DNA from: a virus
Lineage: Duplodnaviria > Caudoviricetes
IMG/VR virus record: IMGVR_UViG_3300017914_001735
Coordinates: 1-28,639 of that record
Direction: 5' to 3' (one strand)
DNA: 28,639 nucleotides
Below are positions 7,942 to 16,304 of the stretch, in pieces. The notes beneath the pieces are model-generated. The model was given only the letters and a program-made list of their open reading frames with translations, was not told the origin of the DNA and did no database searches. Numbering within the stretch: the first letter of the stretch is position 1; every line of letters begins with the position of its first letter. A program made the translations under genes and the position numbers.

Positions 7942-8160
7942 CTACACTGATGGTTGCTGTTTGAGTCTGCATGTGAGCTCCACGAACAAAGCACCAAGCA
8001 AGACGATCAATGCGATGGACGCAAACATTTCACTCGCCATGCCAATCATGGAGAAAGCGAAGTAGCCTGCGATACCACCCACTGCGAAAGCACCTGGGCT
8101 GATAGGTTTTAGAGATCCGATGATGCGTCCTGCACGGAACGCGAAGGGTTCTTTTTGCAT
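7942..8160 (-). CDS. Small two-TM membrane protein
   Basis: AGGAG RBS; two hydrophobic helices. Confidence 0.7.
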   Translation of the reverse strand: MQKEPFAFRAGRIIGSLKPISPGAFAVGGIAGYFAFSMIGMASEMFASIALIVLLGALFVELTCRLKQQPSV

Positions 8161-8185
8161 TGTATGTACTCCTGAGTTGAAACTG

Positions 8186-8935
8186 TTACGGATCCACTGC
8201 CCAATCGCAGTGGCCCGATTGTCTGTAACTGCACCAACGGCAGTTGATCTTGCTTGGATTTGGCCTGAAGTCCTTGCAGGTCGTCATCCGAAGTGCGCGT
8301 TCATGCCAGCTTTTCTGAAACCGCTCAGCCATTTCACGTGTGTATTGCTTGCTTGTTGTCTTGCCTTCGTCCAGATACCAGAGCTCGGCGTTGACAAACT
8401 GGCACTCGGGAAAACGTAAGAATGTTGCAACCGCGTACAGCATGAGCTGTTGGTTGTGCTTCAGTTCGTTTCCGAATTTTTTGCCTGTTTTGTAGTCGAT
8501 GACACGAATAGATGTTTCATCTTCGTGCTCCACGGCGTCGCACTTAACACGCGCCCAAACAGCGTCATCGGTCCAGCCGCAGGGCTGCCACATAATGTCG
8601 TATCCCCAATCGCCTTCGAGCTCGACTCGTCCTTCGAGGTAAGCTTCTCGTAAGGCTTCGAAGCTAGCAGGTAACTTCCCGAGTTCTTTAGGAAGTTCTC
8701 CTTCAAGAGTTCCATCGACCCACTTTTCTGCGATGTCGTGGATCTTCGTGCCGCGTGCCGCTGCTTCATGTTGTGGTTCCTCCACATTAGCAATACGCTT
8801 GAGGTACGTTCTGTGTGGGCATTGCTCGAATACCTGCAATGCACTGAACGACCACGTACTGACTGGCCCTAATCCTGAGTTGTGATGCTCGACGTGGTCC
8901 TTATCTGGACGTTCGCTCTGCGTCGGTATACCCAT
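8186..8935 (-). CDS. PD-(D/E)XK RecB/Cas4-like exonuclease with four-Cys Fe-S staple
   Basis: WSFSAL...QCP, RGTKIH, KCD, IDYKTGK, QLMLYA, CRWC...C. Confidence 0.92.
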   Translation of the reverse strand: MGIPTQSERPDKDHVEHHNSGLGPVSTWSFSALQVFEQCPHRTYLKRIANVEEPQHEAAARGTKIHDIAEKWVDGTLEGELPKELGKLPASFEALREAYLEGRVELEGDWGYDIMWQPCGWTDDAVWARVKCDAVEHEDETSIRVIDYKTGKKFGNELKHNQQLMLYAVATFLRFPECQFVNAELWYLDEGKTTSKQYTREMAERFQKSWHERALRMTTCKDFRPNPSKINCRWCSYRQSGHCDWAVDP

Positions 8936-9350
8936 TTTCTACCTGCTCAATGATTTGTTTGTGGCCTTGCCGTAACTCGTTTCTGAGTTCTTTGATTGTT
9001 GTCGAGAGGTGTGTCTCGTGAATGTCAGTGAATGTTTCTTTCAGGTCCTGCATATGTCTGAACAGCGCTTGCATTTGAAACTGCGTGCGCTTCAGATTGA
9101 CGGAGCAATCTTCGACAGCGTTCTGAATATTGTTCAGTGCTTCGTAAGCAACGTGCATGCGGGTGAAACGATCGTCGATCGCTATCTGTCCTAGCATGGT
9201 TCGTTGCTGTCTGTTTGCTTGTCGTATGCCGTACTGATGGAATCGTTTGTAGATTGCCTGTCGTGAACAATCGTACTTTCGGGATAGATCGGTGATCGTT
9301 GCGCCATCGGAATAGTCTTGGATCAGCTCTTCCCAACTTATTTTAGACAT
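8901..9350 (-). CDS. HTH DNA-binding protein with a coiled coil
   Basis: GATITDLSRKYDCSRQAIYKRF; GGAG RBS. Confidence 0.75.
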   Translation of the reverse strand: MSKISWEELIQDYSDGATITDLSRKYDCSRQAIYKRFHQYGIRQANRQQRTMLGQIAIDDRFTRMHVAYEALNNIQNAVEDCSVNLKRTQFQMQALFRHMQDLKETFTDIHETHLSTTIKELRNELRQGHKQIIEQVENGYTDAERTSR

Positions 9351-9359
9351 GCTCTCTCC

Positions 9360-9376
9360 TATAAGCTGGACTTATA
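9360..9376. promoter_or_regulatory. 17-bp operator TATAAG-CTGGA-CTTATA
   Basis: Perfect palindrome filling the short intergenic gap just upstream of the RBS. Confidence 0.75.
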
Positions 9377-9766
9377 TTATCGGCTGAGCTGTAGTCTGAC
9401 AAGCTGTTTCAACCGACGATCGAACAACTGTAAAGTTTTGCGGGGTGTATCAGAAACAGCGAATACATGCGCTTCCCAATGATCAGCGCGCTCATGAGTA
9501 CCTGTGATAATACTGCTGAAGGTACCTTTTGGAACGCGCGCGCGGTTCAAATCAATAAGTCCGTAATGCTTGTAACCAGACCCGCCTCTTACTTTGAAAG
9601 AACGTATATCGAACATCATCAGGTCACGGTTCCAACGGCGCACTTCCTTGACTGGTTCGATGTACTCGAGCCAGTACTGGTCGCCGCTTAGTCTGTAATA
9701 ATACAGGCCGTATCCTGAACGGAGACGAGAAGACTCCTCCAATGCTTGTTCTACGATAGGATTCAT
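9377..9766 (-). CDS. Hypothetical protein
   Basis: ATGA overlap with the upstream gene. Confidence 0.7.
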   Translation of the reverse strand: MNPIVEQALEESSRLRSGYGLYYYRLSGDQYWLEYIEPVKEVRRWNRDLMMFDIRSFKVRGGSGYKHYGLIDLNRARVPKGTFSSIITGTHERADHWEAHVFAVSDTPRKTLQLFDRRLKQLVRLQLSR

Positions 9767-10434
9767 ATTCCAAACCTCGCTAGTGTTTCTGCCTTGAGAC
9801 GTTTATTTAGCAACGTCACGGCACGTTTCTCGGATACATGCGTCGCATGCATTCCATGTTTTATTGCGGTGTACATTTCGCCATCCCGAGTGCAATCGCT
9901 GTACCAATACGAACCTTGAGAATGAATGATCTGAATACCATTGTCTGTTGTGTACTTTTTGTAGATCGATGTTGGTATTGCGTAGCAGTCATCGTCCCAT
10001 TCAGGGTTTTTGATTTTGTGTAGCTGCTTGACGTTTTTAAACGCAGATAAATACTGAGGAGTCACCATAACTTTGACAGGGGTGCGGTAGCGTTGCCCAA
10101 TGCGGCGAGTGACTATTTTTTTAGTGCTGGGGTTAATCCACTCCATCGCGATGTCAAAGTCACCACGATGCGGTAAGTCCTCAAACCAATTGTAGCGAAT
10201 TGCACCTAAATACTTTTGAAAGTGCTTTTCCATTGGAGCGTAACCAGTTCCACTACGTAATTGTCTACGCGATTCACGTAGACTTACGAACAGGTCTTTA
10301 ATTGGTTTGACGCATGCATTTTCATCTCGGTATGAAAGCTCACTTTTGTAGGACTTCGCTGCTTTGACACGCATGTCGTAAGGTAGCGAAGCAATAGTAC
10401 GCTTGAGATCTAATACGTCATTTACTGTGCTCAT
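9763..10434 (-). CDS. Hypothetical basic protein
   Basis: ATG immediately after the vWA gene stop, GAGG RBS. Confidence 0.7.
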   Translation of the reverse strand: MSTVNDVLDLKRTIASLPYDMRVKAAKSYKSELSYRDENACVKPIKDLFVSLRESRRQLRSGTGYAPMEKHFQKYLGAIRYNWFEDLPHRGDFDIAMEWINPSTKKIVTRRIGQRYRTPVKVMVTPQYLSAFKNVKQLHKIKNPEWDDDCYAIPTSIYKKYTTDNGIQIIHSQGSYWYSDCTRDGEMYTAIKHGMHATHVSEKRAVTLLNKRLKAETLARFGI

Positions 10435-10435
10435 C

Positions 10436-11587
10436 TTAGATTGCCTCTTCAGCCTCATTGATTTCGACATAGACTTTCTCGCCAAACGGGAAGTCTGAGT
10501 CTTCGGTCGTTGTTGCCCAGATTACAGGGGCGTTGGGTTCGACTAGCTCGTCTTTGTCAAACAAGCCGCCATCGGTGAAGTACACGATAGTGTCTGGTTC
10601 GTAGCCGTGATCGATCAAATAGTCGAACGCTGGCTTAGCAAGTGTGCCGCCACGTCCGTTGGTGTTGAGTGCATGGATATGTTCGCCTGCCTCGTAGTGC
10701 TCGACGGCTTGTACCTTGGTGTCACAAGTGATCACCGTGATACGCGTTGCACCGAGGTCAGCAGCGATGTGTACCATTTCGCCCAGGAACTGCTCGAGCT
10801 CGTAGTCACGAACAGAGCCACTGCTGTCGACAATGACAGCGAGTTCGCCGAGCCCGAACTTCTGTTGAGCTGGCATGTAGATGTTATAAGCAGAAAGCCA
10901 CTTACGATTGACGCGCGTAAATGTGTAGTCATCGGGAGTTGATCCACCAAGTTTCTTGCGGATCAGATCCTCCCAGATAACTTTTGGTTTACGCATGCGT
11001 TCCAAAATTTGCTTGACGCCGCCGGGTAGCGTACCTGCTGTCCGTTCGGCGACCTGCGCGGCCTCGAAGATGCGGGCATCAAGCTGTGACTCATGCTGTG
11101 ACTTCTCAGCCTCAGACATTGGTGAGCCATCGTCGTTGGTGAGATCAACGACAATGCCAAAGTCCTGTGGTCGCTGACCGCTAGGCTGATTGGAGTCCTC
11201 GTCAGGCAAGTCATCGTATATGCGCTCTGCATTTTGATTGTGATACTGTTCATCGTACAACCCGTCTTCCGGTAACTTGACGCCTGAGTTGATGAGGATG
11301 TCGTTGATTGCGTAGTCACACGCAATGTTCCACTTCTCTGGGTCACGTTGGCTACGACGTGTGTGGTGTTTCAACACAACGTGCATAACCTCGTGACAGA
11401 TCACTGCTTCCGTCATCGCCCCGCCAATGCGTTCCACAAACTCTGGATTGAATTGCAGACGCTTGCCGTCAGTTGCCATGGTTGGTATGTCTTGCGTGGA
11501 CTGCGCGTGCAGACTCATTGCAATAGAGCCGAAGAACGGCTGATTGATTAGTAACCGTGTACGGGCACGGGAGATGAGCGGGTGCAT
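10436..11587 (-). CDS. DUF2201-type zincin metallopeptidase plus vWA domain protein
   Basis: TMATDG, HEVMH (HExxH), WNIACDYAIN, MIDAS DSSGS, GRGGT, YFTDG. Confidence 0.9.
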   Translation of the reverse strand: MHPLISRARTRLLINQPFFGSIAMSLHAQSTQDIPTMATDGKRLQFNPEFVERIGGAMTEAVICHEVMHVVLKHHTRRSQRDPEKWNIACDYAINDILINSGVKLPEDGLYDEQYHNQNAERIYDDLPDEDSNQPSGQRPQDFGIVVDLTNDDGSPMSEAEKSQHESQLDARIFEAAQVAERTAGTLPGGVKQILERMRKPKVIWEDLIRKKLGGSTPDDYTFTRVNRKWLSAYNIYMPAQQKFGLGELAVIVDSSGSVRDYELEQFLGEMVHIAADLGATRITVITCDTKVQAVEHYEAGEHIHALNTNGRGGTLAKPAFDYLIDHGYEPDTIVYFTDGGLFDKDELVEPNAPVIWATTTEDSDFPFGEKVYVEINEAEEAI

Positions 11588-11588
11588 A

Positions 11589-12632
11589 TTAGATCTCCAA
11601 GAGTAGTTCTGAACCTGTTTCGCGTAACCAGACGCTGACTGACTCGTGTTGTGCAAGCTTGCTGTTACGAGAAAGCATGTCTCGAACACAGCAAGCAACG
11701 AATTCCTTGCCGGGTACGCGATCGAGATACTTCATGAGGTTACGGATTGTTTTGCCCTCGACACGTGCTGACAGCGATGCCATCAATGCATACAGAACTG
11801 ATGGATCATCTGGAATCACAGCGTTGTCTGGGTCCTTCAGTGGTGCATCTGGATCAGGTAGCTCACGGAATACACGTAAGAACCCTGAGAAGTCAGCGGC
11901 GGCTGGTGCGCCGACAAGACCTGCGATGGCCCACTGTTCCTGCGAAGCTTCCATGCCCCAACCGAGCACGCTGTTCACACGCTCCCACGAACGTGGTGTT
12001 GGGCAAGCCTTCTGGTCAGGATCGAACTTGTGTAACCACTCAGGGCGGTAACGAATGAAACCAGTCAGCTCTGGGTTGAAAGTGTTCTTGTTAAAATAAT
12101 CAAGCGCCGTGTTGGCATCGGCTTCGATGTCAAGGTGTAGCACACGATCCTTCACATGAGATGGCATCTGGTTGGTACCAGCACGGTGCTTGATATCATT
12201 ACCAGCGGTCACGATTGTCCAACCTGAACCGAGTTCGTGCTCGCCTACTCGACGTTCGTTGATCAGCTGAGCGGCAATGTTCTGATTGGCCAAGGGAGAC
12301 TGTGGAAACTCGTCCAATATCAGAACGCCAGTGCCCTTGTCAGGCAGCCAAGCAGGGCGAGCGCGAGTCATGCGCTTCCCATGGAGGGAATCCATTAACA
12401 TGGGAAACCCACCCAGTTCGCCTGCATCGTACTGTGCAAGGATCACTGTATGTCGTTCGATGCCTAGCTCAACGGCTAGATCGTTGATCAACGTTGTCTT
12501 ACCAACACCTGGGGGTCCCCAAAGCATTGGTATTACGTATTCAGCATCGCGAGCTTTTTCCTCACGCGCTGAAAGTTCGATGTTGTGCTTAATAGCACTG
12601 CTTATAATTTGATGTGCGTCTGTTAGTCGCAT
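11589..12632 (-). CDS. MoxR-like AAA+ ATPase
   Basis: WGPPGVGKT, LILDEF, TAGN, PTPRSWE. Confidence 0.92.
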   Translation of the reverse strand: MRLTDAHQIISSAIKHNIELSAREEKARDAEYVIPMLWGPPGVGKTTLINDLAVELGIERHTVILAQYDAGELGGFPMLMDSLHGKRMTRARPAWLPDKGTGVLILDEFPQSPLANQNIAAQLINERRVGEHELGSGWTIVTAGNDIKHRAGTNQMPSHVKDRVLHLDIEADANTALDYFNKNTFNPELTGFIRYRPEWLHKFDPDQKACPTPRSWERVNSVLGWGMEASQEQWAIAGLVGAPAAADFSGFLRVFRELPDPDAPLKDPDNAVIPDDPSVLYALMASLSARVEGKTIRNLMKYLDRVPGKEFVACCVRDMLSRNSKLAQHESVSVWLRETGSELLLEI

Positions 12633-12744
12633 TTTTATTTCCCTCTTTGGTTAATGGTTTGAGCCAGCACTTAGCGCACAAAGCTCCACCAATCTCTTCT
12701 ATGTCGGCTGGTGCCTGACACTTTTTGCATTTGGGCCTACTCAT
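12589..12744 (-). CDS. Small C4 zinc-finger protein
   Basis: CKKC...CAKC; GGAGG RBS; ATGA overlap. Confidence 0.65.
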   Translation of the reverse strand: MSRPKCKKCQAPADIEEIGGALCAKCWLKPLTKEGNKNATNRRTSNYKQCY

Positions 12745-12929
12745 TTGTTTGCCTCCACGTACACCGTCAGACTCCAAATTGGGTTTTCCCGATAGTCTTC
12801 CCCGAGCACGGAACGCCACTCGGTGTTCCACTTCGCTGCGGGGAAGTGCTTCTGTAACACTTTGTCTATCTCATTTAACGCAAGCGTTGAGTTTTCTTGG
12901 ATGCATTCGTCGTTTGTTTGTTCACTCAT
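12741..12929 (-). CDS. Hypothetical protein
   Basis: ATGA overlaps in the early operon. Confidence 0.65.
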   Translation of the reverse strand: MSEQTNDECIQENSTLALNEIDKVLQKHFPAAKWNTEWRSVLGEDYRENPIWSLTVYVEANK

Positions 12930-13117
12930 GGATCGATACTCCCCTCATAAGTGTCACAATGCCCCAATGCCTCGCTGAGTTCGTTATCTGTCAAACCTGC
13001 GATACGCATGAGCAGAGCTTCACGAATGAACTGCGGTTCCATTCGTATGCAGTCCATCGGATCTTCGTATTCAGAATCAACTGCAAAGCCTATGTCGAAC
13101 ATATGGTTGTACTTCAT
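12926..13117 (-). CDS. Hypothetical acidic protein
   Basis: GGAGG RBS, ATGA overlap. Confidence 0.7.
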   Translation of the reverse strand: MKYNHMFDIGFAVDSEYEDPMDCIRMEPQFIREALLMRIAGLTDNELSEALGHCDTYEGSIDP

Positions 13118-13311
13118 CGGTGAAATCCTCCCTTGTTGTTGATCCCCTGCAAGTCCCGGCGATCGGTGATCACTGTGTAGTTGGACTTGTGCATGGGAAC
13201 AACGGTGTGCTTCACACTACGTGCTTCTAGCTCGCCGCAGTGGAGGCACGTGGTGTATCCGAGTGCTGATCGCCGATCGTTGATGGGCTCGTCGCATAAT
13301 CTGCAATCCAT
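13114..13311 (-). CDS. TraR/DksA-like C4 zinc-finger protein
   Basis: CRLCDEPINDRRSALGYTTCLHC; no DxxDxA coiled coil; GGAGG RBS. Confidence 0.7.
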   Translation of the reverse strand: MDCRLCDEPINDRRSALGYTTCLHCGELEARSVKHTVVPMHKSNYTVITDRRDLQGINNKGGFHR

Positions 13312-13763
13312 AACGTACCTCCGTCATATGGTTCTGCGGTGTCTAAAGTGCTACAGCGTTGAATTGTGTGGACTGGCCAGAACATACCCCAGGGACTTTG
13401 TTCTCCTTTTGGTAGTAGTTCTCGTTGATCGACGTCCGATGCGTCCTCACCAATCCTGAGAAACTCAACTTTAAATCCGTACATCGGGAGATGATCAATA
13501 GTGCGCATGACGTCATCGACGTCTTGATAACCTTCGTACCACTTCACACCCTCGTTCATAAACAAGAAACCAAATGCCTGTCGGTACGGGCTTTTGTGGT
13601 TAATGATTTCTGTTGTGTTCCAGTACGGCCATTCAGGAAAGTCAACGTTGCTATCAAATCGCCAATGCGTATAAGCAGCGACAAATTTGTCATGCGCTGA
13701 CAGTTTCGATTCGCTGTTGCTGTCTGTGTACACAGCAAGATGTACATCTGATCTATATCCCAT
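13227..13763 (-). CDS. Hypothetical phage protein
   Basis: MGYRSDV...VKWYEGY...FLRIGED; GGAG upstream. Confidence 0.7.
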   Translation of the reverse strand: MGYRSDVHLAVYTDSNSESKLSAHDKFVAAYTHWRFDSNVDFPEWPYWNTTEIINHKSPYRQAFGFLFMNEGVKWYEGYQDVDDVMRTIDHLPMYGFKVEFLRIGEDASDVDQRELLPKGEQSPWGMFWPVHTIQRCSTLDTAEPYDGGTLWIADYATSPSTIGDQHSDTPRASTAAS

Positions 13764-13968
13764 CGCTCTTTGCTCCAAATCGTGGTGTGCATATCAGCCG
13801 TTGCCATCCTTCAACCTTGAAGATGTCCTCTCGGTGCTTCTGTACAACTACTTGTACAGATCGAGAGGTGCGTCCAACTCGATTTGCAATCTCCTGCATA
13901 GTTAAGCCTCGGCGTGCGAGGCCAATAATTTTTTTAACTTCTTCTGGGGTAGCGGGGTTACCGTTCAT
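13753..13968 (-). CDS. Small HTH protein
   Basis: GLTMQEIANRVGRTSRSVQ; GAGGAG RBS; TAATG coupling. Confidence 0.75.
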   Translation of the reverse strand: MNGNPATPEEVKKIIGLARRGLTMQEIANRVGRTSRSVQVVVQKHREDIFKVEGWQRLICTPRFGAKSDGI

Positions 13969-14294
13969 TAGCTCCTCGTTAGTCGTAATAATTTGTCTGC
14001 AGATATCTCTAGTTGCAGTTGACGTTCTTCCAAATCGAAATCTTCGTCCTCGCAGAATGCGAAAGCACTGATCATCATGGCTAAGGACTGCCATTTCTCG
14101 ACGAGGCAGTGTTCGTGATAAACACAGCCGTCGACTTTGATATCGGCATCGAGCTCGATGTCCTCACCGCATGCATCGCAGTCGAGGGTGAGGCACTCAG
14201 GGCAGATGTATCCGTCATCAGCAGGGGATCGATTGACGAATCTTCCAGAACCGAACGACGTGTCTTCGCCGCAGTTAATACATTTGTTATTCAT
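13968..14294 (-). CDS. Double zinc-finger protein
   Basis: CINC...CPEC...CDAC...HEHC; AGGAG RBS. Confidence 0.75.
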   Translation of the reverse strand: MNNKCINCGEDTSFGSGRFVNRSPADDGYICPECLTLDCDACGEDIELDADIKVDGCVYHEHCLVEKWQSLAMMISAFAFCEDEDFDLEERQLQLEISADKLLRLTRS

Positions 14295-14299
14295 ACCGC

Positions 14300-14510
14300 A
14301 CTCCTATGCGTTAATAAGTGACCCGTTCGGCAAATTTGTGGCTAGTCTGATTACGGGCCCCACCACTTGACCGTGTCCCAGTGCCGATACAAGTCCTAGA
14401 GGGCGACATTGGGGACGGCATCTGCCGCTGTTTAAGGAACGAGGGTCTGGCGCTACTCCATAAGGAGGGGAGAGCTCAACAAATAAAGCTCTACAGAGGC
14501 CCTACCTCTA
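14300..14510 (-). ncRNA. Candidate structured RNA in the early operon
   Basis: About 210-nt gap with at least five stems; no family recognised. Confidence 0.35.
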
Positions 14511-14511
14511 A

Positions 14512-14766
14512 TTAGTCGTCATACACGCAGTGTGGCTTGCCATCTTCTGGTGGTACGTACGCTTTCTTGAGTACCCCGTCGATGTACATTTTCAACTGCG
14601 CATGCACATTCTGTTTGTTCCCTCTGAGTCCAAACTCTTTCTTCACAATCTTGTAAGGACTGAACTTGCGTGAGACACGCATCCCAGTCTTCAACTCAAG
14701 CCGCAGTGCTTTTTCCAGATGGATGGCTCGAGCGAACGCGATTTGTGCTGGTCCGGTGATTACCAT
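14512..14766 (-). CDS. Hypothetical basic protein
   Basis: AAGGAG RBS. Confidence 0.75.
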   Translation of the reverse strand: MVITGPAQIAFARAIHLEKALRLELKTGMRVSRKFSPYKIVKKEFGLRGNKQNVHAQLKMYIDGVLKKAYVPPEDGKPHCVYDD

Positions 14767-14775
14767 AAGTGCTCC

Positions 14776-14991
14776 TTATAAAACAGGGCAGTGAAGCAGC
14801 CCATTTTTCGGTGATAAACGCGCAACGATTCGGTCTTTCATAGTCGCTTTATTAAGCTGAACAACTGCGAATACGTTTGCGGTCTTGTAATACCCATGCC
14901 TGATCGCATGCCCGCGCCCAGTGGTCTCGACCATGTACTTCAGTTCGTCGAGCGCGGCGTCGGCGTCTGTGAATAATGTGTTCCTAGCCAA
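14776..14991 (-). CDS. Hypothetical protein
   Basis: Fills the operon gap; TTG start overlapping the upstream stop region. Confidence 0.6.
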   Translation of the reverse strand: MARNTLFTDADAALDELKYMVETTGRGHAIRHGYYKTANVFAVVQLNKATMKDRIVARLSPKNGLLHCPVL

Positions 14992-15202
14992 GATTAGCCA
15001 CGCTTATAAGTTTAGGGTTGTTGAAATGATTGGCGATGATTTCAGCTGCGACCTCTGGCGGGTCACCCACGTCATAGCATGCAATCGCCACGCGCTCTGT
15101 TTCTTTGGGATAGTTCTGTGAGGCGGCGTATCCAAACTGTTGCACCGAGCTTTTATCGAGCTCGTACATGTACACTTCATATGCCATATCTCGAATAGTC
15201 AT
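14984..15202 (-). CDS. Hypothetical protein
   Basis: GAGGAG RBS downstream of the promoter. Confidence 0.7.
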   Translation of the reverse strand: MTIRDMAYEVYMYELDKSSVQQFGYAASQNYPKETERVAIACYDVGDPPEVAAEIIANHFNNPKLISVANLG

Positions 15203-15217
15203 AAGCTGTCTCCTCTT

Positions 15218-15256
15218 GATAAGCCTAACTTATATTTACAGTGTAACCATTGTCAA
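15218..15256 (-). promoter_or_regulatory. Sigma70-like early promoter with an operator over the -10/+1
   Basis: TTGACA (15251-15256)-N16-TATAAG; operator TATAAG-TTAGG-CTTATC (15218-15234). Confidence 0.75.
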
Positions 15257-15344
15257 CTACTTTAGTGACCCAGTCCTCCCCAGGCCCCAGGGGGAGCCGC
15301 CGAGACGAAGTCGAGACCGGCGACGCCTGGCTAGCGGAAACGAG

Positions 15345-15369
15345 AAAAAGCCCCTCCGAAGAGGGGCTT
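15345..15369 (-). terminator. Rho-independent terminator
   Basis: AAGCCCCTC-TTCG-GAGGGGCTT-TTT directly after the stop at 15375. Confidence 0.9.
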
Positions 15370-15374
15370 GGTAT

Positions 15375-16097
15375 TTACGCGTACTGCGCTTCTACGTCGT
15401 TGTCGATCTCCTCCTGAGACATGACGATGTCTTCGGGGTTGTCTGACTCAACGTCGTGCCACTCTGAGTTGAATGACATGTTGGCCACTTCCTCACGATC
15501 GTTGACCGCTGACTGCTCCTCACGGCGCTCGGCCGCGAGTTGCACGAGGTTGCACGCTTCGTCGTAGTTGTCAGCTACACCTGCACGCACCCACTCGTCG
15601 CCGTCCTTGTACAGGTCGACGTAGAAGTGGAAGTCCTCGATGGAGTCGAGATACGAGCACTTGTTGGCCAACCAGCTGTGCAATGCGAACAGCGTGTGGT
15701 AGTCAGAAGTGACGAGCTCCGCGATCTTGTCGGTGTCGACCTGATCTACGTTGAGATGCTCGGCGATGTCGGATGAGAAGTCGATGCCATTGACGATCTC
15801 TTTCTCTTCCTCCGCTGACTGCATGACGTTCTGGTAGTACGAGTCACGAACCACGCGGTTCATCACTTTCTGTACGAACGACAGCAGGCGCTCGGGCTTG
15901 ACACCTGAGTACTCGTTGCCTGACTTCTTGGACTCGAGGCGACGCGCGCCAAGGTCGATGAACGTGAGCGCGATGCGGTTGGCAGGCTCGTCGTGAGGTT
16001 GCGACTGGATCATAGTCACGAGCTCAGCGTCGCGGTTGTTGAGGTCATAACCACCAAGGTTGGTGATCGCGGCGTCGATGTATGAAGTATTGTGCAT
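15375..16097 (-). CDS. Acidic early protein
   Basis: AGGAG RBS; D/E-rich; own terminator. Confidence 0.8.
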   Translation of the reverse strand: MHNTSYIDAAITNLGGYDLNNRDAELVTMIQSQPHDEPANRIALTFIDLGARRLESKKSGNEYSGVKPERLLSFVQKVMNRVVRDSYYQNVMQSAEEEKEIVNGIDFSSDIAEHLNVDQVDTDKIAELVTSDYHTLFALHSWLANKCSYLDSIEDFHFYVDLYKDGDEWVRAGVADNYDEACNLVQLAAERREEQSAVNDREEVANMSFNSEWHDVESDNPEDIVMSQEEIDNDVEAQYA

Positions 16098-16146
16098 AAT
16101 AGTCTCCTATGCATTGAATGAAGAGCTTGATTGCTCACAAGTGATC

Positions 16147-16171
16147 GGTGATCGCCGCGCGAAGCGCGGCG
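16147..16171 (+). repeat. GNA-triloop hairpin repeat, copy 1
   Basis: GGTGAT-CGCCGCGC-GAA-GCGCGGCG. Confidence 0.85.
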
Positions 16172-16304
16172 TAAAAGATTCCGACAACTGCTCCAAGGAC
16201 TTACGTTGCTACCCGCAGGGGCTACTAACCCCCCGATACGCACCCCAAGGTTGTTGCAACAACTACTTGAGTAGCGGGAAAACTGGTATGTAGTGCACTG
16301 TGCA

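Noticed and set aside
8186-8935. CRISPR-associated Cas4 locus
   Set aside because: No array or other cas genes; fits a solo phage exonuclease
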